This document shows positions 49,020 to 58,850 of a stretch of 64,000 nt of DNA, piece after piece. The stretch comes from Myxococcota bacterium (lineage in GTDB: Bacteria; Myxococcota_A; UBA9160; UBA6930). The stretch is taken from positions 1,664,001-1,728,000 of the forward strand of contig OZ245015.1 in assembly GCA_965223705.1 (NCBI GenBank). Reading direction: 5' to 3'. The notes beneath the pieces are model-generated. The model worked only from the letters and a program-made list of their open reading frames with translations, was not told the DNA's origin and searched no databases. The position numbers were made by a program, and so were the translations under genes. Each line of letters begins with the position of its first letter. Within the stretch, counting starts at the first letter, position 1.

Positions 49020-51128
49020 ATGCGCCAAGAAACCGACCGTATCGCCGAGCAGCTCGCAAAGGAGATCCCGGGGTGTGACGAACGCCATCTTCGCGGACTG
49101 GCCCGCGGTCGCTCGGGGCGGTTCCACGGTCGGTGGCTCAACGTGCTGCCGGATGAGGAAGACACGCGGGATTACCGCTACAGCGCAGGTCTCGGCCGCA
49201 TTCGGCCCGTCTTGCCCGTGCCGAGTATTCTCACCCCGGCACCGACGGAAAGTCGCGCGGCCCGAATCTTTCGACGGAAGCTCATTCGCGATCAGGGGGC
49301 GGAGGGCTCGTGCACCGGGCAGGCGCTGGCGGCGGTCATCGACATCCAGAACCTGTGGCGAAGGTTCGACCGGCCGACAGACTCACTCGACGCGCTTCAG
49401 CAGCGGACCGAATTCGCGGAGTGGGCCGACCGGCGAGCCTCCGCGCGCATGCTTTACGAAATGGCGCGCGCGCTCGATGAGGAGCCCGAGCACCGGATGC
49501 CGGGTTCCACGCTTCGCAACGCACTGAAGGCGTTTCGGCTGAACGGTTGTTGCCTTGACAAGAGCGCTCCCTACGAACCGTATGAGCCGGGTTGGCACCT
49601 CGGAATCGAACAGGCGAAGGAAGCGCGTTCGACGAACCTGAGTGCGTACTTCCGGATTGGCCAGAACATCAACGACTATCACGCGGCGCTCAACGAGGTT
49701 GGGGCGATCTACGTCTCGGCGATGATCCACGAGGGTTGGTATCAGGTCGGCGACCGCGAACCCCCTGCCGCGTCGGGCGGTACGCCGCTCGACATTCCGA
49801 CGCCGGGTGCGAACGAGAAACTTCGCGGAGCGCACGCCTTCGCCCTCGTGGGCTACGACGACGAGGGCTTCTTCGTTTTAAACTCCTGGGGCGCGTCTTG
49901 GGCCACTTCCATAGACGAGCGAACCGGTGAGCGTTTCGGTACCCCCGGCGTCGCGCGTTGGTCTTACGACGACTGGCGGGATCATGTCCTCGATGCCTGG
50001 GTGTTCCGATTGGGCGTCCCCACAGAGCGCGCCTTCCGCGCGCGGGGCGGCTTCGGGATCGATATCGACGCAGTTTCGGGGAAACGCCGGTCGCGGACGC
50101 CACGGGTCACGATCAACGGTCACTACCTCCACCTGAAAGACGGGCGCTACGTTACGACCGGACGCTATCCCAATACCCGAGAAACACTCGAAGACACCCA
50201 CGCGTTGCTGCGAGAACGCCTGCGGTCGAAAGCGAGCGGGCCGAGCTACGGTGACGTCCTCCTGTTCTTCATGAACGGGTTCAGCTCGCTCGACATCGAC
50301 GCCCCGCTCGTTGAAGCTTGGGTCCACCGCTGCAAAGAGCGAGAAATCTACCCCGTATTCGTGTTCTGGAACTACGCCGAACGGGCGCGTCTCGTGAACC
50401 TTCTCGAGGCGGATTTCGAAACCTATCGGTCGCGCTACTCGGGGTCGGGCGCCGCGCTCGCGAGGAAGCTCGAGCAGGGAATGGCCGACTACGGGCAGCT
50501 CTTTTGGGGGCACAGGGGGGAGCAGTGCGAGGCGATGTGCGGTGCGCCCGGTGATCCATTGCAAGACATCATGCGGCTACCCCTCTTCGCGGCGCTGATC
50601 CCCTTCCTCACCCTGGTGAAGAGCGGTCGGTGCCGATGTCATCTCGCGGCACACGGAGATGGCGTCTTCTTGCTCGAGCACTTCGCCGAGCGGTGCGCGC
50701 GGTTGCCCGAGTTTGCCGTCGACAACGAATCGCGCCATCACTGCAGCAGTGCCACCCTGTTCGCGCCGTTGTGCGACATGGAATACACGGAAAGTCTCGC
50801 GAGCCTGCTTCCCCAGGGCTCGAAGCAGCAAGTCGATGTGGTCACGCTCTCCGAGACCGACGAAGCGCGCGACCAGATGGGACCCTACCCGGGGACGCTC
50901 CCGCGGCTGGTCCAAAATTCTCGGTTTCCGGCGCGGGCGTCTTCGCCGAAGGACGAGCGTGTCTTGGGACTCTACGAAAATGCCAAAGCGAAGAAACGAA
51001 GCCCTGTCTATGACCATTGGACATGCCCGGAACACGGCACCCGCGAGCAGCGTTCGCACTTCGGCATGTTGAGCAACCCGTCTCTCGTGGACGCGTTCAT
51101 GGAGCGGATCATTTCGTCGGCTGGTTGA
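49020..51128 (+). CDS. C1 (papain-like) cysteine peptidase with a degenerate alpha/beta-hydrolase-like C-terminal domain
   Basis: DQGAEGSCTG, AHAFALVGY, LNSWG; C-terminal LAAHGDG in place of the GHSxG elbow. Confidence 0.83.
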   Translation: MRQETDRIAEQLAKEIPGCDERHLRGLARGRSGRFHGRWLNVLPDEEDTRDYRYSAGLGRIRPVLPVPSILTPAPTESRAARIFRRKLIRDQGAEGSCTGQALAAVIDIQNLWRRFDRPTDSLDALQQRTEFAEWADRRASARMLYEMARALDEEPEHRMPGSTLRNALKAFRLNGCCLDKSAPYEPYEPGWHLGIEQAKEARSTNLSAYFRIGQNINDYHAALNEVGAIYVSAMIHEGWYQVGDREPPAASGGTPLDIPTPGANEKLRGAHAFALVGYDDEGFFVLNSWGASWATSIDERTGERFGTPGVARWSYDDWRDHVLDAWVFRLGVPTERAFRARGGFGIDIDAVSGKRRSRTPRVTINGHYLHLKDGRYVTTGRYPNTRETLEDTHALLRERLRSKASGPSYGDVLLFFMNGFSSLDIDAPLVEAWVHRCKEREIYPVFVFWNYAERARLVNLLEADFETYRSRYSGSGAALARKLEQGMADYGQLFWGHRGEQCEAMCGAPGDPLQDIMRLPLFAALIPFLTLVKSGRCRCHLAAHGDGVFLLEHFAERCARLPEFAVDNESRHHCSSATLFAPLCDMEYTESLASLLPQGSKQQVDVVTLSETDEARDQMGPYPGTLPRLVQNSRFPARASSPKDERVLGLYENAKAKKRSPVYDHWTCPEHGTREQRSHFGMLSNPSLVDAFMERIISSAG

Positions 51129-51148
51129 TAACCTGGCCAGACGTGGGT

Positions 51149-51847
51149 CTAGGGCCCTTCCGGTGTCGTCCACCCCTCGGGCAAAGGCGGTCCCATCTCG
51201 AGTGCGGCCGGTTTGGCTCCCGGAGTGATCGCGCGCAGGGGGACCTTCTCCGCGAGCGCTTCCAAGCCCTTGTCCACGTTCATCAGGACCGATTCCAAAA
51301 CTGCGCGTCCCGCGGCGTTCCGGTAGCCGGCCATCGTGACGGAGAGGTAGTTCGCAACGACATCTTCCGCGTTCTGACCTTCGGTACTGCGTGTCCCCGC
51401 GCGGTAGTCACGGAGAACGTTTGATTCGCCGCCGTCGTAGAGCGTGTAGCGGGCCTGGGTCAAGCACGAGTGGCTCGAGAAGACGGTCACCGACAGATCG
51501 CACTCGATGCGCTCAAGCTCGATGCGGACCGAGAGTCCCTCTTCCGCGATCTCGCGGGCTCGCGTCGGCGGTCCGACTTTGCTGGGTAGTGCCGCCATTA
51601 CAGCGTTCTCAAAGACCTCCGTCAGGTTTTTGATCTCGTACTTCGACGGGTTGAGCGCAGCCGTGGCTTTGTAATTCTTTGCTTCGGTCGACACCAAGAT
51701 CACCGCCGTCACGTCGCCCTGGGTTCGAGCTCGCCGGCCCTCCCACGGGTGGACCGTAGGGTGCGGCGTCTCGACAGGGTACGTGCAGGCCAAAAACAGC
51801 GGCAGCAGGATCAGCGAAAGGAAGGGGGCGCGAGAAAAGCACCTCAT
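51149..51847 (-). CDS. Hypothetical lipoprotein
   Basis: Hydrophobic leader ending FLAC; start overlaps the upstream stop. Confidence 0.68.
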   Translation of the reverse strand: MRCFSRAPFLSLILLPLFLACTYPVETPHPTVHPWEGRRARTQGDVTAVILVSTEAKNYKATAALNPSKYEIKNLTEVFENAVMAALPSKVGPPTRAREIAEEGLSVRIELERIECDLSVTVFSSHSCLTQARYTLYDGGESNVLRDYRAGTRSTEGQNAEDVVANYLSVTMAGYRNAAGRAVLESVLMNVDKGLEALAEKVPLRAITPGAKPAALEMGPPLPEGWTTPEGP

Positions 51848-52347
51848 GGCGTGGCTCCTTGTGTCGGGCCGGTCGGTGCCGGGTCGATCGGTAGCGGGTC
51901 GCGGGGCGGGTCCGCGATCGGGATATCTCCGCTCATCGCGTCGATCACCATGTAGTTCACATCACGGACAAGCTGATTCTCGTCGTACCGGACAAGGGCG
52001 CGCAGTTCGTCGCCGTCAGTCGCGCCTTCCAGTGGAGTTCCGACAAGTTCCCAAGCACCGAGCGTTGCGACATCGAGCGCCGCATGGGTGATGGCCCGGG
52101 CGGACTTCTCGCGAGTCGAGTAGCCCTGCCGAAAGACAAAGAGGTCGAGCAAGCCGTCATCCTTTTGCTCGGTATGAATCGGGGCTCCCAACTCCGCGAT
52201 GACTGCGAGGCGGGAAATCCCAGGGCGCAAAACGTCGAGGTCCTTCTTGTCGGGCTGCTGCGTCGCCATGTAGACGGAGCAGCCGCTCAACGCTACGACG
52301 AACGCTAAGCTGAGCAACCACAGAGAGGTGAAGAGAATGGCCTTCAT
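51844..52347 (-). CDS. Hypothetical lipoprotein
   Basis: Lipobox LSGC; VIAELGAP, DVATLGAWELVGTPLE. Confidence 0.75.
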   Translation of the reverse strand: MKAILFTSLWLLSLAFVVALSGCSVYMATQQPDKKDLDVLRPGISRLAVIAELGAPIHTEQKDDGLLDLFVFRQGYSTREKSARAITHAALDVATLGAWELVGTPLEGATDGDELRALVRYDENQLVRDVNYMVIDAMSGDIPIADPPRDPLPIDPAPTGPTQGATP

Positions 52348-52720
52348 GCGCTTGTTTGTGGTCTTCATCGCATCATGCGTCGCGCTCGGGGGGCAGTTCG
52401 GCTGTGCCGCGATCATCAATGGTACCAAGCAAGAAGTCCTCTTTACGAGCGCTCCGAACGGTGCTGTCGTCGACGTGGCCGGTCAGATACGCAAGACACC
52501 GGCAACGATGACGCTCTCACGCAAGCAGACCTACCACGCGGTTTTCAAGCTCGACGGCTACCACACGGAGACGCGGCTCCTGAGCCGTGAGGTCTCTCCC
52601 TGGCTGTTTCTCGACCTCGGCCTCTATCTGGTCCCGGGGATTGTGAGCCTTATGCATGGCGGCGCCTACAAGATCGAGCCCAGCCTGATCCATGTGCATA
52701 TGTCTGAAATACGGGAGTAG
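52346..52720 (+). CDS. PEGA-like domain lipoprotein
   Basis: FGCAAIINGTKQEV, SAPNGAVV...KTP...KLDGY. Confidence 0.75.
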   Translation: MRLFVVFIASCVALGGQFGCAAIINGTKQEVLFTSAPNGAVVDVAGQIRKTPATMTLSRKQTYHAVFKLDGYHTETRLLSREVSPWLFLDLGLYLVPGIVSLMHGGAYKIEPSLIHVHMSEIRE

Positions 52721-52800
52721 AGGCTCCCCGGGCGGCCTGCAACAAAAGTTGCACCCGTGACCCGATCAGCCGATCGTTGATCTCGCCGATAAGTTCTATG

Positions 52801-52827
52801 CGATGGCGATGGCGATGGCGATGGCGA
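52801..52827 (+). repeat. (CGATGG)4 hexamer tandem repeat at a gene start
   Basis: cgatggcgatggcgatggcgatggcga, giving four in-frame ATGs. Confidence 0.85.
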
Positions 52828-53285
52828 AACGTTTCGTAGCGGCCTCGGCTGTCGCGTTGCTCGGCTGTAGTCCGTCGCTCTCGCTAGACGGCGCTTGGCG
52901 CTCCGACCGTGAGCGGACGCTCGCCGAACTCGAGACCGCAGGGAGCTTTACCGACGAACAATGGGCGTTTCTGAGCTCGCCGGGTTTATTCGGACACCTG
53001 ATTGTCGTCTTTGAAGGGAATCGCGCGATCAACGTGTTCGAGGGCGAGTGCCACCCTTATTCGGAGTTCGAAGTTCTGGAAGACTCCGAAGACAGAAAGC
53101 TCATCCGCTATTTCGATTCGGGACTCGAGTCGGTGATAGATCAAGAGATTCTCCTCGAAGAGAACCATCTCTACATGCCGTTCGGGTCCTACCGCTTTCC
53201 TGTGCGGGAAGCGTTCACGCGGATTTCGGTCGAAGAGGCATTTCGCCTCCATCCTTGCCTAAGTGCAATCGAAGAAGGCACCTAA
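52821..53285 (+). CDS. Hypothetical lipoprotein (intact paralog of the island gene 23067-23521)
   Basis: Lipobox LLGC; start may be any ATG from 52803 to 52821. Confidence 0.78.
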   Translation: MAKRFVAASAVALLGCSPSLSLDGAWRSDRERTLAELETAGSFTDEQWAFLSSPGLFGHLIVVFEGNRAINVFEGECHPYSEFEVLEDSEDRKLIRYFDSGLESVIDQEILLEENHLYMPFGSYRFPVREAFTRISVEEAFRLHPCLSAIEEGT

Positions 53286-53305
53286 CGGTCGCCCTGCGGC
53301 CCGCG

Positions 53306-53758
53306 CTACTCGTAATCGCCCGACGGATCGAACGACGCTCCCTCGGCCAAGACGCCGTGGCCGGGGACGTGATTGACCTCGAGGCGAGTTCCGACCGGAT
53401 CCTCGAATAGCACGGAGTAATAGCCCGGGGCCCAGCCGCCTTCTTCGGGCGCGTGCACCACCGTCGCGCCGATCTCGCGTAGGTGGTTGTAGACCGCATC
53501 GACGTCGTCGCGACTACGCGCTCGCCAGCAGTGGTGGTGGAGACCGACGGCGTTCTGAACGAACCGTTGCCCTTCGTACTGTGGATCGCAACGACCGATG
53601 GCCATCGCCGTTCGCCCTCCTACGAAGTACACGAAATCGACACCGTCGAACACCTGTTCCATTCCGAAAAATGGCAAGAGCTTCGTGTAGAACTCCCGGC
53701 ACGTTTCCCAGTTGCTCACGGTGATGTTGGTGTGAGCGACGCCGTTGATCTTGATCAT
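53306..53758 (-). CDS. VOC/glyoxalase family protein
   Basis: GVAHTNITV, GLHHHCWRA, FEDPVGTRLE. Confidence 0.92.
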   Translation of the reverse strand: MIKINGVAHTNITVSNWETCREFYTKLLPFFGMEQVFDGVDFVYFVGGRTAMAIGRCDPQYEGQRFVQNAVGLHHHCWRARSRDDVDAVYNHLREIGATVVHAPEEGGWAPGYYSVLFEDPVGTRLEVNHVPGHGVLAEGASFDPSGDYE

Positions 53759-53801
53759 TCGCGATTCCTCGTCAGGCTCAGGGCTGCGGTACGGTTTGCT
53801 G

Positions 53802-54272
53802 ATGCCTATTACCGGTTACGACCACGTCGCACTTCCGGCAAAGAATCCCGAAGCGCTGATCGCATTCTACAAGAAGCTCGGTATGCCCATCCTCTACGAG
53901 GAGCTGTGGCGCGCCGGGAAGACCCCGGCGTTTGCCGTTGCCGTGGGCCCCCACGCGAAACTCAACTTCCACGACCCCAAGTTGTGGCAAAACCCGCGTT
54001 TCGAGGCGCGGGGGCCGACGGCCCAACCGGGCTGCGGAGACCTGTGCTTCGTTTTCGATGGCACGATCGAAGAGGCCGAAGCGTTGATTCGGGAGGCGGG
54101 CGGAGAAATCGCCTACGGCCCGGTCGATCAACCCGGTGGCGCCGATGCTGGGAAACGCCGCGGGACGAGCGTGTATACGCGCGATCCCGACGGGAACTTG
54201 GTGGAGTTGATGACGTACCCGGCGGTGGGTCGGGGATCGATCGCGGAGCTGCTTCCGCGTGAAGAGCGGTAG
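53802..54272 (+). CDS. VOC/glyoxalase family protein
   Basis: GYDHVAL, GDLCF, SVYTRDPDGNLVE. Confidence 0.9.
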   Translation: MPITGYDHVALPAKNPEALIAFYKKLGMPILYEELWRAGKTPAFAVAVGPHAKLNFHDPKLWQNPRFEARGPTAQPGCGDLCFVFDGTIEEAEALIREAGGEIAYGPVDQPGGADAGKRRGTSVYTRDPDGNLVELMTYPAVGRGSIAELLPREER

Positions 54273-54283
54273 GTCGGCGTCGG

Positions 54284-55015
54284 CTAACGGCGGGTTCGCG
54301 CTGCGGCTGCGTACCAGTTCTTGAATAACGCCTGCGCGTGCTGCTGCAGTGCGGGCAACGCATCCAAGGTGCTGTTCTGGAACCGCGTCAGACCGCCGCC
54401 GCCGGTTTCGCCAAACGTCTCGTCCAACATCGCGAGAGCTTCGTCGCTTTGGCACCAGGTGGGCAGCGTCTCGGTGTCGACCTCGACGTGATACTGAATC
54501 GACAGGGTGGCGGGACCGAGGGTCATTGCCTGAATCGCGCAGCGATCCGAGCGCGCCAACACCTCGGCACCGCTCGGCGGCGCTCCGACCTCGGCTTTGT
54601 GCCACTGAAGGCGGGGGCCGGGCTCGCAGCCCGCAAAGAACGGGCTCGTCATTCCGGCAGCGGTGGGTTCGACCCGAAAGAGGCCGATCTCGGGTTGCGG
54701 CGCCTCACGTACGCTTCCGTCGAGCGCGTCGGCGAGGAGCTGATGACCGAGGCACACCCCGAGGTAGGGGACTCCGGCGGCGACCACCTCCCGAATGAAT
54801 TGCTTCTCCGGGACGAGCCAGGGGTGCTCGTCTTCCTGCCACACCTGCATGGCGCCGCCCATGACCCAGACGGCGTCGCAGGCGCTTGGGTCGGGATAGT
54901 CCGCGGGAGCGCCGTCGGGACGCAGCGTCGTTGCGGTTGCGCCCACTTCCTCGAGAAGCCTGCGCAGGTACCACGGGTGCCCTGAATCCAGGTGTTGAAG
55001 AACGAGGACGTGCAC
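54284..55015 (-). CDS. Class I glutamine amidotransferase-like hydrolase
   Basis: GVCLGHQL (catalytic Cys), QWH, QYHVE. Confidence 0.92.
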   Translation of the reverse strand: MHVLVLQHLDSGHPWYLRRLLEEVGATATTLRPDGAPADYPDPSACDAVWVMGGAMQVWQEDEHPWLVPEKQFIREVVAAGVPYLGVCLGHQLLADALDGSVREAPQPEIGLFRVEPTAAGMTSPFFAGCEPGPRLQWHKAEVGAPPSGAEVLARSDRCAIQAMTLGPATLSIQYHVEVDTETLPTWCQSDEALAMLDETFGETGGGGLTRFQNSTLDALPALQQHAQALFKNWYAAAARTRR

Positions 55016-55040
55016 GACGGGAGAATGCCATACTAGGAAG

Positions 55041-56495
55041 ATGCAAGAGGGAAGTCTCGGAAAAACCCATTTCGTCGCCGAGCACGGGCTTTGGAGCCGC
55101 GCTCAGCACGAGGCGGCGGAGGCGGTGACGGAGCAAGTCGAGTCCCAGGGGTTGCGAAACATTCGGATCGCCTGGGCCGATCAGCACGGCGTACTGCGCG
55201 GGAAACACGTGATGGCGCCGGACCTTCCTTCGGCGCTTCAGGGTGGGGTCGATTTCCAGACGGCTACGCTGTTCATGGACACCGCGAATCATTTGATCGC
55301 GCCGATCTTCGATCGCGAGGCGGGGCTCGGCTTCGCCGCGCTCGCGGGCGGTCCGGACGCGATCTTGGTGCCCGATCCCACGACCTTCCGGATCCTGCCC
55401 TGGGCGGAAGACACGGGCTGGATGCTCGCGGAAATGCATTTGGCCGATGGTTCGCCGTGTCCATTCGATACGCGGCACATCCTGCGTCGCCAGCTCGAAG
55501 ACCTCGCGTCGGAAGGCATGAGCTACATCGCAGGGCTCGAGGTCGAGTTCTATATCACGCGGCTCGAAGACCGGAAGTTCGATCCCGCCCAGGCGGGCTA
55601 TCCGCCCGATCCGCCCGACGTTTCCGTCATCGCTCACGGATTCCAGTACCTGACGGAGGATCGGCAAGACGAAATCGACGACATCTTGCAGCCCCTGTCT
55701 CGAAACCTCGAAGCCATTGATTTGCCGCTTCGCACGATGGAAGACGAATGGGGTCCGGGGCAGTGTGAGTTCACATTCGACCCGCAAATGGGTCTCGATC
55801 CCGCGGATTCGATGGTGCTGTTTCGAAGCGCGACGAAGCAGATCTGTCGTCGCGCCGGGCTCCACGCCACGTTCATGACGCGTCCGGCACTCCCGAATTT
55901 CTTTTCGAGCGGATGGCATCTCCATCAGTCCCTCGCACCGCTCGGTGGTGAGGGCAACTTGTTCAGCGATGCCGACGAACCCCTCTCGGGCCTGGGCCGC
56001 TCCTTCGTCGGCGGTCTCCTCGAGCACGCCCATGCCGGATCGGTCTTCGCGACGCCCACCATCAATGGCTACAAGCGGTTTCGCCCGAACTCGTTCGCCC
56101 CCGACCGCGTCACCTGGGCCGTCGAAAACCGCGGCGCGCTGATCCGCGTGGTCGGAGGCGCCGGGGATCCCGGGTCGCACATCGAGAACCGCGCCGGCGA
56201 ACCGTGCGCGAATCCCTACCTCTATATGGCTGCTCAGATCGCCGCCGGGCTCGACGGAATCCGTCGCAAGCGGGACCCGGGCCCGCCCGAAGCCGCGCCC
56301 TACGAATCGGCCAAACCGAAACTCCCGGCGAGCCTGATGGACGCTCTCGGTGCCTTGCGCGAGAGCACTTTCTACCGTGCGGCTTTCGGCGACGCCTTCG
56401 TCGACTACTACTGCGCCGTCAAGCAAAGTGAGATCAACCGCTTCCTGTCCCATGTGACGGACTGGGAGCAACGCGAGTACTTCGAGGTTTACTGA
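55041..56495 (+). CDS. Glutamine synthetase-family gamma-glutamyl ligase (TdnQ/AtdA1-like)
   Basis: DQHGVLRGK, GLEVEF, EWGPGQCE, SGWHLHQS, HIENR...NPYL. Confidence 0.9.
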   Translation: MQEGSLGKTHFVAEHGLWSRAQHEAAEAVTEQVESQGLRNIRIAWADQHGVLRGKHVMAPDLPSALQGGVDFQTATLFMDTANHLIAPIFDREAGLGFAALAGGPDAILVPDPTTFRILPWAEDTGWMLAEMHLADGSPCPFDTRHILRRQLEDLASEGMSYIAGLEVEFYITRLEDRKFDPAQAGYPPDPPDVSVIAHGFQYLTEDRQDEIDDILQPLSRNLEAIDLPLRTMEDEWGPGQCEFTFDPQMGLDPADSMVLFRSATKQICRRAGLHATFMTRPALPNFFSSGWHLHQSLAPLGGEGNLFSDADEPLSGLGRSFVGGLLEHAHAGSVFATPTINGYKRFRPNSFAPDRVTWAVENRGALIRVVGGAGDPGSHIENRAGEPCANPYLYMAAQIAAGLDGIRRKRDPGPPEAAPYESAKPKLPASLMDALGALRESTFYRAAFGDAFVDYYCAVKQSEINRFLSHVTDWEQREYFEVY

Positions 56496-56496
56496 G

Positions 56497-57009
56497 ATGA
56501 GCTGGCGAGGCGAAAAGATGGGCGGCATGACCGCCGAGGAGATGAATGAATTTCTCGCCGGCCCGTGGCTCGCACGGCTGGCCTGCTTGAAGCCCGATGG
56601 CGCGCCTTACGTCGTCCCCGTCTGGTACCACTGGGATGGCACCGCCTTCTGGGTGGTCGGGCGCGCGCGCTCGGAATGGGCGCATTACATCGCCGCCGAC
56701 CCCCGTGTGTCGATTGTGGTCGACGAACCCGATCCGCCGATCCGAAAAGTATTATGCGAAGGGACCGGCGTTGTCGTCGAGGCCGCCGTCGGCCCCGTCC
56801 TCGAGAACGGCGAAAAGTCGCAGTGGAATCTCATCGGAGAACGCTACACCGGACCCCGCTATTTGGGAGAGCGCGCCGAGGAATACCGCGGCGGCGTCAA
56901 CGTCGAACCATGCTGGACGATCAAGATCGTCCCGCAGAAGATCACGACGTGGCAGGGCTTCGGTTGGGCTCGCCGCTACTACCATCCGGAACTTCACGAC
57001 AAGGAGTGA
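56497..57009 (+). CDS. Pyridoxamine 5'-phosphate oxidase-like (split beta-barrel) protein
   Basis: ARLACLKPDGAPYVVPVWY, DPRVSIVVD. Confidence 0.88.
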   Translation: MSWRGEKMGGMTAEEMNEFLAGPWLARLACLKPDGAPYVVPVWYHWDGTAFWVVGRARSEWAHYIAADPRVSIVVDEPDPPIRKVLCEGTGVVVEAAVGPVLENGEKSQWNLIGERYTGPRYLGERAEEYRGGVNVEPCWTIKIVPQKITTWQGFGWARRYYHPELHDKE

Positions 57010-57013
57010 GATC

Positions 57014-58252
57014 GTGGAAAACGTCGCCATCACCGGTCTGGGTGTAATTTCGTCGATCGGCCAGAACATCGAAGACTTCAATCGGAACCTCGCAGCCCAC
57101 AAGGTGGTGGCAGGGCCCGTCCGCTGGAAGGACGACGACCACGAGAACATCTGGATGTCGCTCATCGAAGGGTTTGATCCCTTGGACTGGACCGAAGAGC
57201 GCGTCGTCCGGAACTCCACGGCATTTTCGCAATATGCTCTCGCAGGTGCCGTGCAGGCTGCGGCGGACGCGGGAATCGAATTCGATCCGTTCCGCACGGC
57301 CGTCGTCGTCGGCAGCGCGCTGGGTGGCGTCGACAGTTACGCGGTGGATCAGTACCGGCTCGATACCGAAGGCCCCGACGCCGTCGGCTCGAAGTTCATG
57401 GTGAACTCGCTCCTCAACATGCCGGCCGCACACATCGCGTTGCGCTGGAGTTTGCACGGGCCGCAATTGTCGATCGCTACGGCTTGCGCCTCTTCCCACG
57501 ACGCGATGGGCATCGCGGCTCGCATGATCGAGTCGGGTGAGGTCGATGTCGCGATCACCGGCGGCACCGATTGCGCGATCAGTCCGCTCGTCTTCTTCGG
57601 CGCCCGCAACAACAAGATGTTCACGCCGCAGCCCGATCCCTACAAGACGTGTCGGCCTTTCAACAAGGAGCGCTTCGGCGTGATGCTCGGGGAGGGTGCC
57701 GGCATGTTTGTCCTCGAACGCGCGGATCGCGCGCGAGCGCGCGGTGCCAAGATCTACGGAAGACTCCGTGGCTATGCAACGCTCGCCGATGGCTACCACC
57801 CGTCGTCACCCGAACCGGAGGGTCGGTACGAGCAACGTGTCATGGAGATGGCTCTCGAAAGCGCGGCGCTCCCTGACGGTGTCGACGCGATCGACGCGGT
57901 GGTGGCGCACGGGACGGGTACGCCCGCCGGCGATATCGCGGAACTCGCCGCCCTGAACCGGATCTACGGCAACCGTAAGAAGCCGATGCGCGTGATGTCG
58001 CCCAAGGGCAATTTCGGTCACCCCCACGGCCCCGCCGGTGCCCTCGGACTCCTCGTGGGCCTCTACAGCATGAGCGAAGGGGCACTGATGCCGACGGCCG
58101 GTACATACGACGAAAGTGAGCTCATGTCCGAGATCGGCAAGCTCCACGTACCGATCAACGAACCCGCGGAAGGGCAGATCGAGGCGCTGCAAGTCAATGC
58201 GTTCGGTTTTGGCGGACAGAACTCGTCGCTCGTGGTGACGCGCGAATCGTGA
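57014..58252 (+). CDS. Beta-ketoacyl synthase (FabF-like)
   Basis: AAGGAG RBS + GTG; VAITGLG, TACASS, AHGTGT, GH, NAFGFGGQN. Confidence 0.9.
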   Translation: MENVAITGLGVISSIGQNIEDFNRNLAAHKVVAGPVRWKDDDHENIWMSLIEGFDPLDWTEERVVRNSTAFSQYALAGAVQAAADAGIEFDPFRTAVVVGSALGGVDSYAVDQYRLDTEGPDAVGSKFMVNSLLNMPAAHIALRWSLHGPQLSIATACASSHDAMGIAARMIESGEVDVAITGGTDCAISPLVFFGARNNKMFTPQPDPYKTCRPFNKERFGVMLGEGAGMFVLERADRARARGAKIYGRLRGYATLADGYHPSSPEPEGRYEQRVMEMALESAALPDGVDAIDAVVAHGTGTPAGDIAELAALNRIYGNRKKPMRVMSPKGNFGHPHGPAGALGLLVGLYSMSEGALMPTAGTYDESELMSEIGKLHVPINEPAEGQIEALQVNAFGFGGQNSSLVVTRES

Positions 58253-58647
58253 AGTCGGCAAACTCGGCGCGATCCGCGACGATGCCCGGCCGCGCGAAGC
58301 CCCTCGGTGCTTACCCCCACTGGAAGCGGATCGGCGAGTGGATCTACATCTCGGGGACAAGCGCGCGCCAGGCCGATGATTCGATTCGCGGTAGTGACAT
58401 CGCGTCCCAGACGCGCGGAGTCGTCGAGAACCTCCGCGCCATCTTGGCCGATGCGGGCGCCACCCTCGATGATCTGGTCGACGTCACCGTCTTTCTCGTC
58501 GATATGGCGGACTTCTCCGCCTACAACGAGGCATACGCCGAGTACTTTGGCCCGGATGGACCGACGCGCACGACGGTCGCTGTCCGGGCGTTACCCCGCC
58601 CCGACTTGTTGATCGAAATCAAGGCGGTCGCGCACCACGCGGACTAG
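58249..58647 (+). CDS. RidA/YjgF-family protein
   Basis: GAYPH, PTRTTVAV...LIEIKAVA. Confidence 0.92.
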   Translation: MKSANSARSATMPGRAKPLGAYPHWKRIGEWIYISGTSARQADDSIRGSDIASQTRGVVENLRAILADAGATLDDLVDVTVFLVDMADFSAYNEAYAEYFGPDGPTRTTVAVRALPRPDLLIEIKAVAHHAD

Positions 58648-58780
58648 CGACGGGGGAGAGAGCTGCTGCAACGCGGCTGCGGGGCGCTGATACGTAGCCG
58701 GCAACTCCCCGCGCAACTGTGCGCAGTTTAATCTAAATCTCCATAAGTCACTGGAATTGATCACGTTTTTCCTGACAGCG

Positions 58781-58818
58781 TTGACAAATCGTACTTAACG
58801 TATACAATTGAATACGTT
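58781..58818 (+). promoter_or_regulatory. sigma70-type promoter overlapped by a 22-bp palindromic operator
   Basis: TTGACA-N16-TACAAT (58781-58808); AACGTATACAATTGAATACGTT (58797-58818) is palindromic with one mismatched pair. Confidence 0.75.
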
Positions 58819-58850
58819 TCCCGGTCAACCCGTCCAAGGAGGTTCGGTTC

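Noticed and set aside
56597..57013. N-terminal extension of the ketosynthase ORF (likewise 40600-40935 and 2989-3252)
   Set aside because: Overlaps another real gene; an RBS supports the downstream start.
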